Source of the DNA: the human T2T-CHM13v2.0 reference genome, Homo sapiens
Length of the DNA stretch: 64,000 nucleotides
Strand: one strand, 5' to 3'
Assembly: GCF_009914755.1 (NCBI RefSeq)
Contig: NC_060932.1
Below, piece by piece: positions 14,335 to 25,902 of the stretch (position 1 is the first letter of the stretch; every line of letters starts with the position of its first letter). The notes under the pieces were generated by a model. It was not told the origin of the DNA. It was given only the letters and a program-made list of their open reading frames with translations, and made no database searches. Made by a program: the position numbers and the translations under genes.

Positions 14335-15600
14335 GTTTTTTGAGGTAAAATTTGTCAATCTTAAGTGTACAGTTTGATAAATTCTAACAAATATATACAC
14401 TCAGGTAATCACGCTAATAAACATAAGGAATATTTTCATCATCCCAGCAAATTCTCTCTTGCCACTTTTCAGTTTTCTCTTTCTACCTCCAGAAGAAATC
14501 ATTGTTCTGATTCTATAATCGTGAGTTAGTTGTATTAAAGCAAATGGAATCCTATAGTAACTAGTGCTCTTTGCATTGGTTCCTGTCACTTAGTAGGATG
14601 TCTTTGAGATTCATCTTCCTCTTATATCAGTAGGATTGCTGCCTTTTATTGGTGAATAATATCCATTGTCTGGCTATACCATAATTTGTTTATCTGTTCT
14701 TCTGTGAATGGATATTTGAATTGTTTCCAATTGTACAGTTTGAATAAAGTTGCTGTAAATATTGTTGAATAAGTCTTTTTGTGGACATACGTTTTTATAG
14801 ATCTTGGGTCATGCCCATGATTGGAATTGCTAGGTCATAGTGTAAGGGTTTGGGTAACTTTATAAGAAATGGTCAAAGAAGCTTTCCCATTAGCAGTGTG
14901 TGGGAGTTCCAGTTGTTTCACATCATTGCCAACATTTAGTATTGTCTTTTTCTTTTTAGTTATTTGGATGGCTATGGAATTGTGTCTCATTATGTTTTTA
15001 ATTTGCATTTCCCTTATAACTACTGATGCTGAGTACTTTTTCATATACTTACAGATCATTTGTGTTTGTGAAGTGTCTGTTCAAGTCTTTTGCCCCCTTT
15101 TTAAGTTGGATTGCTGTTCTTTTGTTATTGATTTGTAGGAGTTTTTTTTTTTCTGGTTAAAAGTCATTTTTCAAGTATGTGTATTGGATATATTTTCTTT
15201 CGTCTAGTTTTTTCCTTTTTATTTTCTTAAGTGTTATTTGATGAGCAGACATTTTAATTTTTGTTAAAGAGCAGTTTATTAATTCTTTCAAAACAGTTGA
15301 TGTTTTTGCAACTCTAGAACATTTTTACCTACTTTAAGTTTGCAAAAATAGTCTCCTGTTTGCTCTAGATGCTCTATAGTTTTAGTTTTTAACTTTTAGG
15401 TTTGTGATCTACCTCAGATTGATATTTTTGGTGTGAGGTAAGGGTCAGCGTTTACTAATTTTTTTTAATATATATCCAATTCCTTCATGATCATTTATTG
15501 AAAATACTTTAAATTTTTCATTGTATTGTCTTAGTGCCTTTGTTAAAAATTGATTGTATTATATATGTGGATCTATTTATAGTCTGTTTCTTGTCTTTTA
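14335..15600 (-). mobile_element. Old L1M 3' portion (ORF2 C-terminus plus 3'UTR)
   Basis: ORF 14835-15059(-) KYMKKYSASVVIREMQIKNIMRH resembles L1 ORF2 KHMKKCSSSLAIREMQIKTTMRYH; typical T-rich reverse L1 sequence. Confidence 0.85.
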
Positions 15601-18600
15601 TTGATATGTTGGTTCTTATTAACACTGAAATGTTGGGATTACAGTGTCTTTATGGAACAATTGAGCTGTCCTCTGGGGGAAGAGGATACTTTCTTATCAG
15701 TGGGAACACAGGCAACCTACCTATCTAGATTCCTCACCGTGGCTCACATTTCCACAAAATGTGAAACATCACTAATGCATGATTCTGACATTGAATTTTG
15801 TAGGTGGAATGTGTTATGCAGTTGGATGACTTCAGTTTGTTCAGATATGAAAAATTTGGTGCAGTACATTTCATTTCACTGCAATTTAGGTCAGGGAATA
15901 ATGCTGAAAAGAAATATGTATGAAGGCATGAGTGAGCACAGACTACAGAGTGGCCCAAAACTAATAAATCAGAAAGGAAAATAGATGAACTGAAATTCCA
16001 ATTAATCTCACACAACCAAGACCAGTGAGACTGACCAATACTTTAAGTAACAGTGCTTTCGTATTATTTTTCTTGGTTGCCAATGGAGTATTTTTTTTGC
16101 TCCCTAACATCTTCCCCAGCAGCACATAGCATACAGTATATTTTGGGAAACGGGAAATTATTTTGCAAAAAGTAAAATGACAGGGAAGAAATTCTCTGTA
16201 AATTTCATTGCTGAAAATGAGGAAATTTTAAGGAAAGAGATAGTTACAAAATGCAAAAAGATCTTTCTTCTCTGTCCCCTTCTCTCAACCTATCCCAAGC
16301 TGGGATTTGAGGAAAGAAACCCTTGCCCACCAGTGCAGGGCCCTGGCTCTGTCACCTAGGGCCTCTCAAGCATGAGAGCTCAAGCATTAGTCCTCATCAG
16401 CGAGACCCACCATGACTGATGGAAGAGCAAAGCCTGTATGATTTTCTGCTTTCTTTACCCAGAGAAGCCAGGATCCACTCTGTTCTGTGTGGATGAGCTG
16501 CACCAATTAAGGGCAAATAAAATTAACTGAGAGCACCCCCTCCCCCAACATACACAGTATAATATTCTCAGTATAAGAGAACACCAGCTACCATCTTTCT
16601 AAAGCCTGGCATTGATTTATATCACATGTTCAAATTGTTTCTATTCAACGACTATAGAAATAAATGTGAAGATCATGCTTACCCTTTGGGAGAAGACGGT
16701 TAAAATTATAAAAGCTTCTTTGGTCTGTAAAACATTGAAAATACCATCAAGCTATCAGGTGGACAGTTCCTGTTGCTGCTCTCTTGACCCCTGGAAGGGT
16801 TTTCTGCTCATCTGTCGGATACTTTGTGCCATTTCTTCCTATTACAGAATATTTCTGTGGCGCTACTTTAAAAGCCTTCTATATAATTGAGTATGCAAAC
16901 CACTTGTGTAGGCTTGACTCAGACTTTATGATAAAAAACATTCATCATATGCTATCCCCTATAAGAGGAATTTAAACTCTCCTCTTCATTAGAAGGCCTG
17001 CCTGCAGTGGAATTAAAATAGCTTCTCCTGAAAGGGAGCACAGACTTGGTAAAGATCATGAGCAGTCATTCAAGAGGAATGTAATCGAATACTTGAAATT
17101 TAAATTAGCTTGTAATCTGACTTTGAAAATAAAGTACAAGAGAGACCCAAGAAAGTTTCCTGAAGGTGAATTAATGTCCTTCACACCACTTCCAGTTTCA
17201 GAGCTAATAGCATACACATGATAAAAGTAATATAGCAGTGAAACTTATCTTTCCCATGTGCTCCTTCTCCCAGGTCACTGATACTGTGCTTAGAAAAGGT
17301 GCCCTACATAGAGAGAACCCACATCTGCAAAAGCAGCTTTCAGACATCACCAGGGATTTACACTCTTCTAGTAATGTTTGGAGGAATAACTTCTTTTTAT
17401 TGGGTCCATAAAGCATACATTGTTAACCCAAGAAAGAGAAAGAACCTTAAATAAGTGACACAGATTTTCTTCTTTATTTAGAAACTATTCTGATGTTCAT
17501 ATTTTTAAAGGATTCTTTCTCTTCAAATAACTTTTCCTCATTCTTGAAGGACACGATACATTTTTTTTCTGTTAAAATCATCCAGTGGTAAATGCTGCAG
17601 CAGACTGACACTTCTGAAATGAAAAAGGTCCCATGGTTGTTGAGGCTGCCTTTAGCAAAATTATATAATGAAAAATTGTTTCTTTGCTATAAAAGAAGAC
17701 CATGGAAAAGCATCTCTGCATATATTATTGTATGTAAATTAGAAACAGGAGAAATATAGGGAATCTAGATACAGAAAAATCATCACTGTTTATGCATGGC
17801 GTAACATTTCTAAAAAGAAATTGGGGGTGATCGTTTTCAACAGAAGAAAAGTCTTAGCTTTACAGGTAATTACATACTTTATAGTACAGATGGAATAGAG
17901 CTCAGTTTGCTTCAAGGCAGATTTCTGTTAAACAGACTCCATTTGCACATTAATTTCTATTGTGGAACTTAAAAAATTGGTCTCTAGATATAATAAAACT
18001 ACCTTTAAAATATACATATATAAATGGAAATATCTTTCTGACAAACCCATTGAACCATTATCTGTTAATGATACTGAGCTATGATTCACAGATATTTTGT
18101 ACTGTGGAAGTAAAAATATAGCCAGGATAGGCAGACACACTGAAATATGATTGCTTTGCTTTACCTTATTTTAAACTCGATTCCCACTATAGTGGTAACA
18201 ATCCATAAAATTTCAGAAACTTGCCAAGGTTCATGTCAATCTTGAATCATGCTAATGTTTCTAACTTTATATCCAAAGAAATTATTTTCCATTTTCCCCA
18301 TCACTTAAACTTATTGGCTGCTTTCCAGACATTTGAATCTGGCCATATCTTCCAAGTATATAAGAATATCCTTACATAAAATGAGAGAATTGTCCAAATA
18401 ACCAAGGAATGAAATATCTGGGCCTTCCTTAGCGATGAGGACTTGTACCAGCGCCAACAGAGGCTTTCCCTAATGTCTAATAATAATCAGCAAATTGGCT
18501 GACAATTCTGAGCTGAACTTTTGGGTCCTAGCCTAATGGTTTGACTGATGGCTGGGAATGGTTAGCACATCAAAATCCTGTTTGCTGAGGCTGCTACTTA

Positions 18601-18963
18601 CTAGCTGGTTAACAAAGCTGAGCTGCACCATGTAGGCAGGCAGTAGGCCAGATCAGATGACCAGAGCACGGGGCATAAGAATCTCTTAAGACCGAGACTT
18701 TAGAGGGGCCGCTCATGAAACATTTACCCCCTCCAGTTTTTACCTTTTCCTTGGGTGGAAGTGGGAAAAAAATACAAGTTTTTATTAACAATTTATATTC
18801 AGTGTTAGTAATGACATAGTAGAAAAATTAAACAATTCAGACAGGTTGACTATCTTTGCCATGCAAAGATAAAAACTATTGATGCTGTAGCATTTGCCTC
18901 AGACCTTTCCTATGTGTATACTCAAAGAGATACAGCATATGTTTATACACACAGAGACTTTAA

Positions 18964-19189
18964 CAAAACTGAGTCCTCATACATCATTTGAAATGCTTGA
19001 AACAAGAAGTGTTTTGAATTTCAGATTTTTTCAGATTTTGTAATATTTTCCGAGAACATACTGCTTGAGCATCCCTAATCTAAAAACCCGAAATCTGAAC
19101 TGTTGCAGTAAGCATATCAATTGAGCATCATGTTGGTGCTCAAAAAGTTTTTGATTTGGGAGCATTTTGGAACCTTCATGCTCTACCTG
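18964..19189. mobile_element. Tigger4a/MER46A-like MITE
   Basis: AGAAGTGTTTTGAATTTCAGATTTTTT, TTGAGCATCCCTAATC, GCTCAAAAAGTTT; ends ATGCTCTACCTG followed by TA. Confidence 0.8.
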
Positions 19190-19373
19190 TATACATTGAT
19201 TTATAACTTACCTAATATTCAGCTATATTTTCATTTGGTAAATATTTTCCTATAATAGGACTTTTTGATAACTTTACAATGTTCTATTAATTTTATTTAT
19301 ATGCTATCATTTATTTAACTAATTTGTTATTGTCAAATGGTAAGATTGTTAATTTGTTTTTGCCTTATAAAGG

Positions 19374-19772
19374 TGTATTAGTCTGTGCTCGCATTGCTAT
19401 AAAGAAATGCCTGAGATTGGGTAGTTTATAAAGAAAAGAGGTTTAATTGGCTCATGGTTCTGCGGGCTGTACAGGAAGGATGGTTGGGGAAACCTCAGGA
19501 AACTTTCAATCATGGCAGAAGGCAAAGGGAAGCAGGCACATCTTATATGGCTGGTGCAGGAAGAAGAGAGATGGGGAAGGTGCCACACATTTTTAAACAA
19601 CCAGATCTTGTGAGAACTCACTCACTGTACAGTACCAAGGGTGATGGTACTGAACCATTCATGCGAACTCCACCCCCATGATCAAATCACCTCCCATCAG
19701 GCCTCACCTCCAACACTGGGAATTACAATTTGACATGAGATTTTGGTGGAGACACAGACCCAAACCATATCA
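19374..19772 (-). mobile_element. MaLR solo LTR, MSTA-like
   Basis: TGTATTAGTC...CAAACCATATCA termini; 5-bp TSD AAAGG (19369-19373, 19773-19777). Confidence 0.93.
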
Positions 19773-20179
19773 AAAGGATACCATGGTAAACACCTTTCTC
19801 TAATATTTTTGTACATATCATCAATTATTTCATTTTTGGGGCATGTGATCCCAACTATTTCCTTAGAATGATATTTCCAAAATGAAATGGACAGGGGTAA
19901 ATGTATACACTTTTTTTTTTTAATTTCAAAAGTTATTCCAAATTGCCTCATGGAAAAAGTTGCGCTTAGTTAAGTCCCAGAATTTCTAGATATTATTAAC
20001 AAATTCTTAACAGTATAACAGTTTTCATCTGGGTTGTGCTCAGGGCATGAGGCATGTATTTAGGGCATGTATTTATACTATATACATCTTTTTCAGGGAG
20101 AGTGTCAGTTTTTCTAGTATCATCTATCCCTTGGCCTGGATGTTTTAATTTTGCCATCATCCAAGTGGGGAGAATTTAG

Positions 20180-20340
20180 ATGATGTTTACTAAGTGCTAG
20201 GCACTCCCTAAATGCTTTATGTGTACATTAACTCATTTAATCCACACAACATCCTCCTCCAAATGTTCCAGATGAGAAAATTGAAGCATAGAAAAGTTAA
20301 GTAGTTTACAAAAGGTTACCAGCTAGAAAGTAGCTGGTTT
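20180..20340 (-). mobile_element. MIR
   Basis: AACTCATTTAATCC..CAGATGAGAAAATTGAAGCATAGAAAAGTTAAGT. Confidence 0.75.
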
Positions 20341-21229
20341 GCGATAAAACGTAATAAATGGCATAGAAGGAGAGACGTATATGGTGATATTTTTCTAAGA
20401 AGATAATTTCCCCCTAGGAATGTCATTTAAGATATAACCCTCGAAGTTTTTGTATGACTCTTATCGAGACAGCTATCCTTTAGCCTCTACTAATTTTAAA
20501 AGTTTCAGAAAGACCCTAGATGAATTTCATAGCAAATGATGTTCTTTACTTACATACTTGTTTAGATTAAAGTCTAATCTTTCAAAGTGACTAGTGTTGA
20601 AACATAATTATGAACATTCACGGCATGCATACTTGAAATTCTTGCATGAATCTTTTTTTAAAAACAGCAGCATGCTTTACCCGTGCAAAATTATATGCCT
20701 TGATTTTGGACAGTAAGTGCAGAGATGCATTAAAGGGCTGGTGATGGGGTTGAATGGGACTACTTCAAATTATCAGAACCTCCATATAACTGAAATGGTA
20801 GACATTACGCTTTAGAAGACAAAACTGAAATTTAGGATATTTGCTCATGTATTGTTACTTAAAATTTTATAGGAATTATTCCACGGTCCATGTAGAAAGA
20901 ATCCCAGGTACTTTAGGTAGTACAGAGATGAATAATGAGGTAAACACTTTCATAACCTAGAGGATGCCTATTAACATCCGAAAACATGGTATGATTTGAG
21001 AACAGAAGGGAAGCTAAAGTCTTAGGATGACTTCTGCAACAGAATTCATAGCTCTCATTAAACAATAATATCTATTTATGATTATAATACCTAATTATTA
21101 TTAGGTTGTAATATGTCATTATTATGGCTTTATTATATATTAGATTAATCATATCCAGTTACTATGCCCATGGGATGATTATTAATAATTTTTGTGTGTA
21201 GGAATGAATTGAGTGTTAGGAATGAATTG

Positions 21230-21350
21230 AGTCTGGAGTTGCTGAGCAAGTCCTGTAACCACCCTGGACCATTTCCGTATCTGTAAGTGGGAAGGTAAGA
21301 ATACCTACCCAACAGCATTTTGGGGATTCTCAAAGCAGATACTATATGTG
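21230..21350 (+). mobile_element. MIR
   Basis: TGAGCAAGTC..TTTCCGTATCTGTAAGTGGG..AATACCTAC. Confidence 0.6.
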
Positions 21351-21622
21351 ACGTTTCCTTTGCAATTTTAAAGCCGTGTTCAGGTTTAGTCATTGGCATT
21401 GTTGAATCTGTCTCCTTCCCTGGTTTGGAAGGTCCTTGTACTCCTCATCCTGACACAGCATTTGGCAAATGATAGGAGTAAATAAATACTAGTTAAATGT
21501 CATTATGAGGACAGGGAGGAGGAGCCGTGATGACAAGGAAGTATATGAGAACCATGTTCTGGCCCCAGCATGAGAGTCCTAGTAACCTCTTTAATTCATG
21601 CCCCTTCCAGAGCCTCGTAGTA

Positions 21623-21652
21623 CCCCGCCCCCTTCACCAGTACTATAAAAAG
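21623..21652 (+). promoter_or_regulatory. Candidate core promoter: GC box plus TATA box
   Basis: CCCCGCCCCC (21623-21632) followed 11 bp later by TATAAAAAG (21644-21652), upstream of a GC-richer stretch with no recognised repeat. Confidence 0.45.
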
Positions 21653-21674
21653 CAGATCATTTGAGGAAGAACAA

Positions 21675-22033
21675 AAACTAGGCTTTGAGAAGACACTCCA
21701 AGATGCACAACTGACTTCTAAACCGAGCCCTGCAGAGAAGACTCGTGCAGTCTGCTCAGGGTTTTTGTACCCAGCAAGGTCATTGTCCAACACTATTATC
21801 CCTCTCAGCGGGCGACCTCCCTGAGAACTCACACTCGGTGTTCGGGGCTGATGCGCAGGTACTGGGGAGATGCTGAGGACCTCTTCAGGCAGTGAAGCTG
21901 CCTCATGGCACAGGGATGCCAAGTGTCTGTGGAGGAGCTGGGGCCAGGGCTGCTGCCCATGGCCTTTGGAGCAGCAGGAGTGACTTCCAGCAGCCAGTTT
22001 CAGTCTGTTCCAGGCCATCCAGGCCACAGCTGA
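21675..22033 (+). other. Candidate first exon (start inferred about 30 bp after TATA)
   Basis: Ends at donor TGA|GTAAGT (GT 22034-22035); no convincing coding frame. Confidence 0.3.
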
Positions 22034-24809
22034 GTAAGTGTCTGGTATGCCACACTCTTCACAAAAAAAGAAAGACTGCTGTTTGAGTGTCAGGAACAGA
22101 AAAGGAAGGGGCACAAGCTCCCCGGACTCTTGCCCGCCAGTTGTCTTGCCCCTGGTAGCCAGAAGGAGACTTTCACAGCCTGGGTACTCTTTTCTTTTCC
22201 TCGGTGTGGGGTGATCCTGGTGGCTCCCCGGACCTGGCTTGCGTTGACTAGGGAGCGGATCGTTGGTTTCTCTGCCTGCAGTGACTTCATGTTGTGGCTT
22301 GAGGTCCCCTGATAGAAATGCTGCTCAGCACTCAGCCCTCCAAGCTGCCCTCTACTCATGTGGGCTGGGGCCCAAGGCTCCTGCTGGATCACAGCTCAAA
22401 CGCCGGTCCTTTAACATCAGCCGCAATAGCCCTACGTGCAGCCAAGCCTCCTTCTCAGGCCCTGGTGCTGTTCATCAGAGCAGAAACAGCTCTCCAGGAC
22501 CCTTCTCCTTAAGATAGTGTTTGACCAGCAACTGAAACTGAGATACTTCCTGCCAGAATATTATGATCTCTCTAAAGTTACCTGGAACCCTGGCTTTCAA
22601 CAGAATCATTTTTTATGCGTGAACCCTAACTTTTTTCCAAGGGGAAAAAGCTGTAACAGTTGTAACAATTCTATGTGAAAATTCTGGAAACACAGCCTCA
22701 TTTTCAGTCTCCAGGGTTAGAGAATGAGAACAGAACTTGAGGAAATCCATGCAATGAGGCAGACGGTTTCTGTAGTGCCTGCTCCTCCTTGCCAGTACAG
22801 CAAATGTAAAAAGTACACGTCTGCATTCTGTGAGCCAGGAAGAGTAGATGAGGGTTTCGACTTGGAAGGTAATGGGAATCTACAAAGATCTAGAAGGAGA
22901 GAAGCTGTGGTCAGACCCTCAGGGAGCTTGAGCCAAACAAACCCTTTCCTCCTCTAGTGTGTATGGTTGTGTCTCCTCCTTCCTCCTCCATCCACTGCCC
23001 TCTGCCAGCCTCTCCACGACCTTCACAGCTCTTGAATATCTTTTGCCACACTCCAGCTGAGGAAGCCAGCAAACCTGCTTCAGACTTAGCCAGATCCTGC
23101 ACCCCTCTCATGTGAGCATCCTGTGCTGAGCTGCAGTTTACCTGATCTTTATTGCTTATTTGTTAATCACTTAATGAGCATTCCCACATTACAACAGAAG
23201 CTCCTTTAGGAATCAGAATGCTCTGTTATTCCCTACAGTATTTCCAGGGTGCAGCACAAGTCCTTACACATAGTAAGGGCCTAACATGATTCACTGAGTA
23301 AACAAATGATTTTTCAGAATCAAAAGTGTGTTGACTGAAGTTCAAAGACAAGAGGACTCATTCCAGAGGTTGTATACATAGGCCCCCCGCAGCCAAGTGG
23401 CAATGAGAAAGATTCCCAATGAACTGTTACTCAGTTCCAAAACAAATACTGGGTCTGAACATGTTGAAAGATAAGACCCAAGAAAGGACAGTAGCTTTCT
23501 TCTTTTAGAAAGTGTCTGTTTAATGTCTTCTACTAAACAGGCATGAAACAAATTAATTAAACAGCTTTTTCAGTGCCTATTTTGAGCTAGCAGTCTGTTA
23601 AATTAAGAGGAAGGCAGAAGCTGTTAGATGTTTCCTAGAGAAATGCCTGGAAGTGTTACTAGCCTGTATCCTGGCAGCCTTCAGGGAGCTGTGCCTTAGG
23701 CCAAATCTCTGAAGCCAATTCCTCTTGGAGTTTTTACCTCCTGGTAATGGTGATTGCACTCTGATAATTCACTAGGATGATGCTTCAAGGTAGCACACAC
23801 AGCTCTCATTTTCTTTAGCCAATTATCTCCATCATATTTTTTCAGGGTTTGCGTATGTGTTTGCATTCCAGCACAAGTTTTCACTCTTGAATTTATGGAC
23901 CATGAGTTTCTGTGCTTTCCCTTGAAGTTTATGGTCCATGTCATTCCTTTCACTGGTTTGTTTCCCAACAGTTTGTGGTACACAAAGATTGGAGGATGAA
24001 ATGCCCCTTTGCCAATAGTCCTGTTTCTTGGCTACTAATTAATCTGGTTCCTCAGAGCAAATCATAATGCCTCTTGAGCATGTCAGCTTTTTGTAAAGTT
24101 TTTTAGCTAAAAATAAAAAAAAAAAAACTACAGAAAAGGGAAGTTTGCATTTTATCTTTGATCTTTGGAATGGAATTTGACTGGTAGAACATACCCACTT
24201 GTAGGAAATATGAAAAAAACCATTTAACATTTACAGATTTGATTAGATCAGCTCAGGACTGCTAATTCTGTAGAACACATTGAGAAGAAAGAAATTAGGG
24301 GAAAAGAAGTAGATAAACAACTCTCAGAACGGAGAGTTGCATTTGACTGGCTGACTTCTCTCCCTTTTCAACATAAATTTGTCATTTTAAATTTAATCCA
24401 ACTCCTTCTAATTAAAACTTTTCCCAATTTATATTCCATAGAAAACATTTTTAAAATTTATATCATTAATAAAAATAATTAGAAGCCCTTAATTTCCTGA
24501 AAATTTATTTTTAAGATAGCTTTGTATAGAATCAAGTGAAAGTAGTGACTATTATGTATCTAAAAAGAAGTAGGGGAAATAATTTGCCTTATAACAGTGA
24601 ATACCAATAATGGTTCTGTGTGATTAATCAACCCTACCATTAGCTTCTCAGCCTTCATGGCTTCAGAATAGTATTTCTGACAGAACTGTACGATGGAGAC
24701 ATGTTGAGGTACTCTCTTGAGTGCTGTGATGCTGGAAAGAAAGGGAGACAATATGGAGTGGTTGAGATCACTACTACTCATTAGAGCTTAGTATAGAGCC
24801 CAGAATCCA

Positions 24810-24990
24810 CCCTGTGCCAGGCCCTGTGCTAAGCACTTACAGCTCATTGGCAGTAACTCTTCGAGGTGGCTCCTATCATTGTCTTAGACACAGAAATGCA
24901 GTTACTTGCCCAGGGTCACAGCGCTAGGTAATGGAGATCCAGAACTGTAACCCCGGCAGTCTGGCTGTGAGAACGCATGTTTTTCACCCA
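24810..24990 (-). mobile_element. MIR
   Basis: TGTGCCAGGCCCTGTGCTAAGCACTTAC..ACTTGCCCAGGGTCACA..GGCAGTCTGGCT. Confidence 0.8.
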
Positions 24991-25599
24991 CGTATGTATC
25001 ACAGGATTTGGCTTCTAGAAGTAGTTTGGCCGTTCAGTTGTGTAGTGGCCAAATGTGTTTAATTTTTCCTTTTACAATAACTTCTGAGATCCCTTTTCTG
25101 TCCCTTATAACTGCGAATTAATCACTGTAGTCAAGATTATGATTTTTGACACCTTGATTAGCACTTTTCCACTATAGATAGAAATTTGCATGGTATTTCC
25201 AACTATATTGAAGAGAGATTAATTAGCACTTTATGACAAATATGTGGCAAATTGTTAATTAGGGTAAATAAAGTAAGACTCAGATTTTATAGCACCACTA
25301 TTATTTTCACAGTATCGATTTTATTATTTATTCTTAATGCTGGAATCTGATAAGCTTAAGTAAGCCGATAGTGCTATACATTGATTTAACCACTCTTTGT
25401 TTCTCTAGATTTGAGGAAAATAAGAACACACTTTAAAAATCACTTATAGTTTATAAGGTGACACATTAATCCTCAAAATGACAGGAAATCGAGATGATTT
25501 TGTCTATGAGGTTTAATTTATTAAAATTGAATTTTCTCCTGTGCTTTGCTCCAATGGCTCTGTGCTAGCAAACCAGCTATAATTAGATTAGCAGCCTGC

Positions 25600-25902
25600 T
25601 AAACGCCGGTGACAGCCTGTGTCTCAGAGAGCATGTGCTGGATTCCGCATGTGCCTTTTCCTCATTGGTTGGTGGCGTTGCTGCTCGCCCGTGTGATAGG
25701 TTTCCACAGTAATCTTTATGCTGCATTAGAGACATAGATACAGAGGTGCTGTACTGTGTTCTTGCAACGGTGGAGGTGCTCGGCTGGTAACGTTAAAGAA
25801 GGAATAAGGCGCCCGACAGAAGGCGTTTGTCTTTGTTGTGGAGCATCAGCGTTAAGGACAGCCGGCTGCTGTGGGAGGTCAGTGAAGGAGGCTCAGTTCA
25901 TG
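25600..25902 (+). promoter_or_regulatory. Candidate alternative promoter / first exon (CpG-retaining)
   Basis: 18 CpGs counted in 25604-25966 in a CpG-depleted background; reverse CCAAT (25664-25668); ends ATG|GTAATT (GT 25903-25904). Confidence 0.5.

Larger units (their letters stand above)
18790..19960 (-). mobile_element. Highly decayed L1ME-like remnant hosting Tigger4a and MSTA insertions
   Basis: TCATTTATTTAACTAATT..GATTGTT..TTTTTGC and TTTCCAAAATGAAATG..CCAAATTGCC resemble an old L1 3' region. Confidence 0.45.

Noticed and set aside
17844-17865. 22-nt exon CAACAG|...ACAG|GTAATT
   Set aside because: Poor polypyrimidine tract and no other support
21199-21234. 18-bp tandem duplication TAGGAATGAATTGAGT(G/C)T and similar short duplications (about 20051, 54950)
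   Set aside because: Ordinary slippage duplications
21527-21600. C/D box snoRNA (GTGATGA); also ATGATGA at 39443
   Set aside because: No suitably spaced D box with a terminal stem
21596-22392. Minus-strand ORFs of 172 and 100 aa as a gene or processed pseudogene
   Set aside because: No recognisable domain and no poly(A)/TSD; long frames are expected in GC-richer sequence
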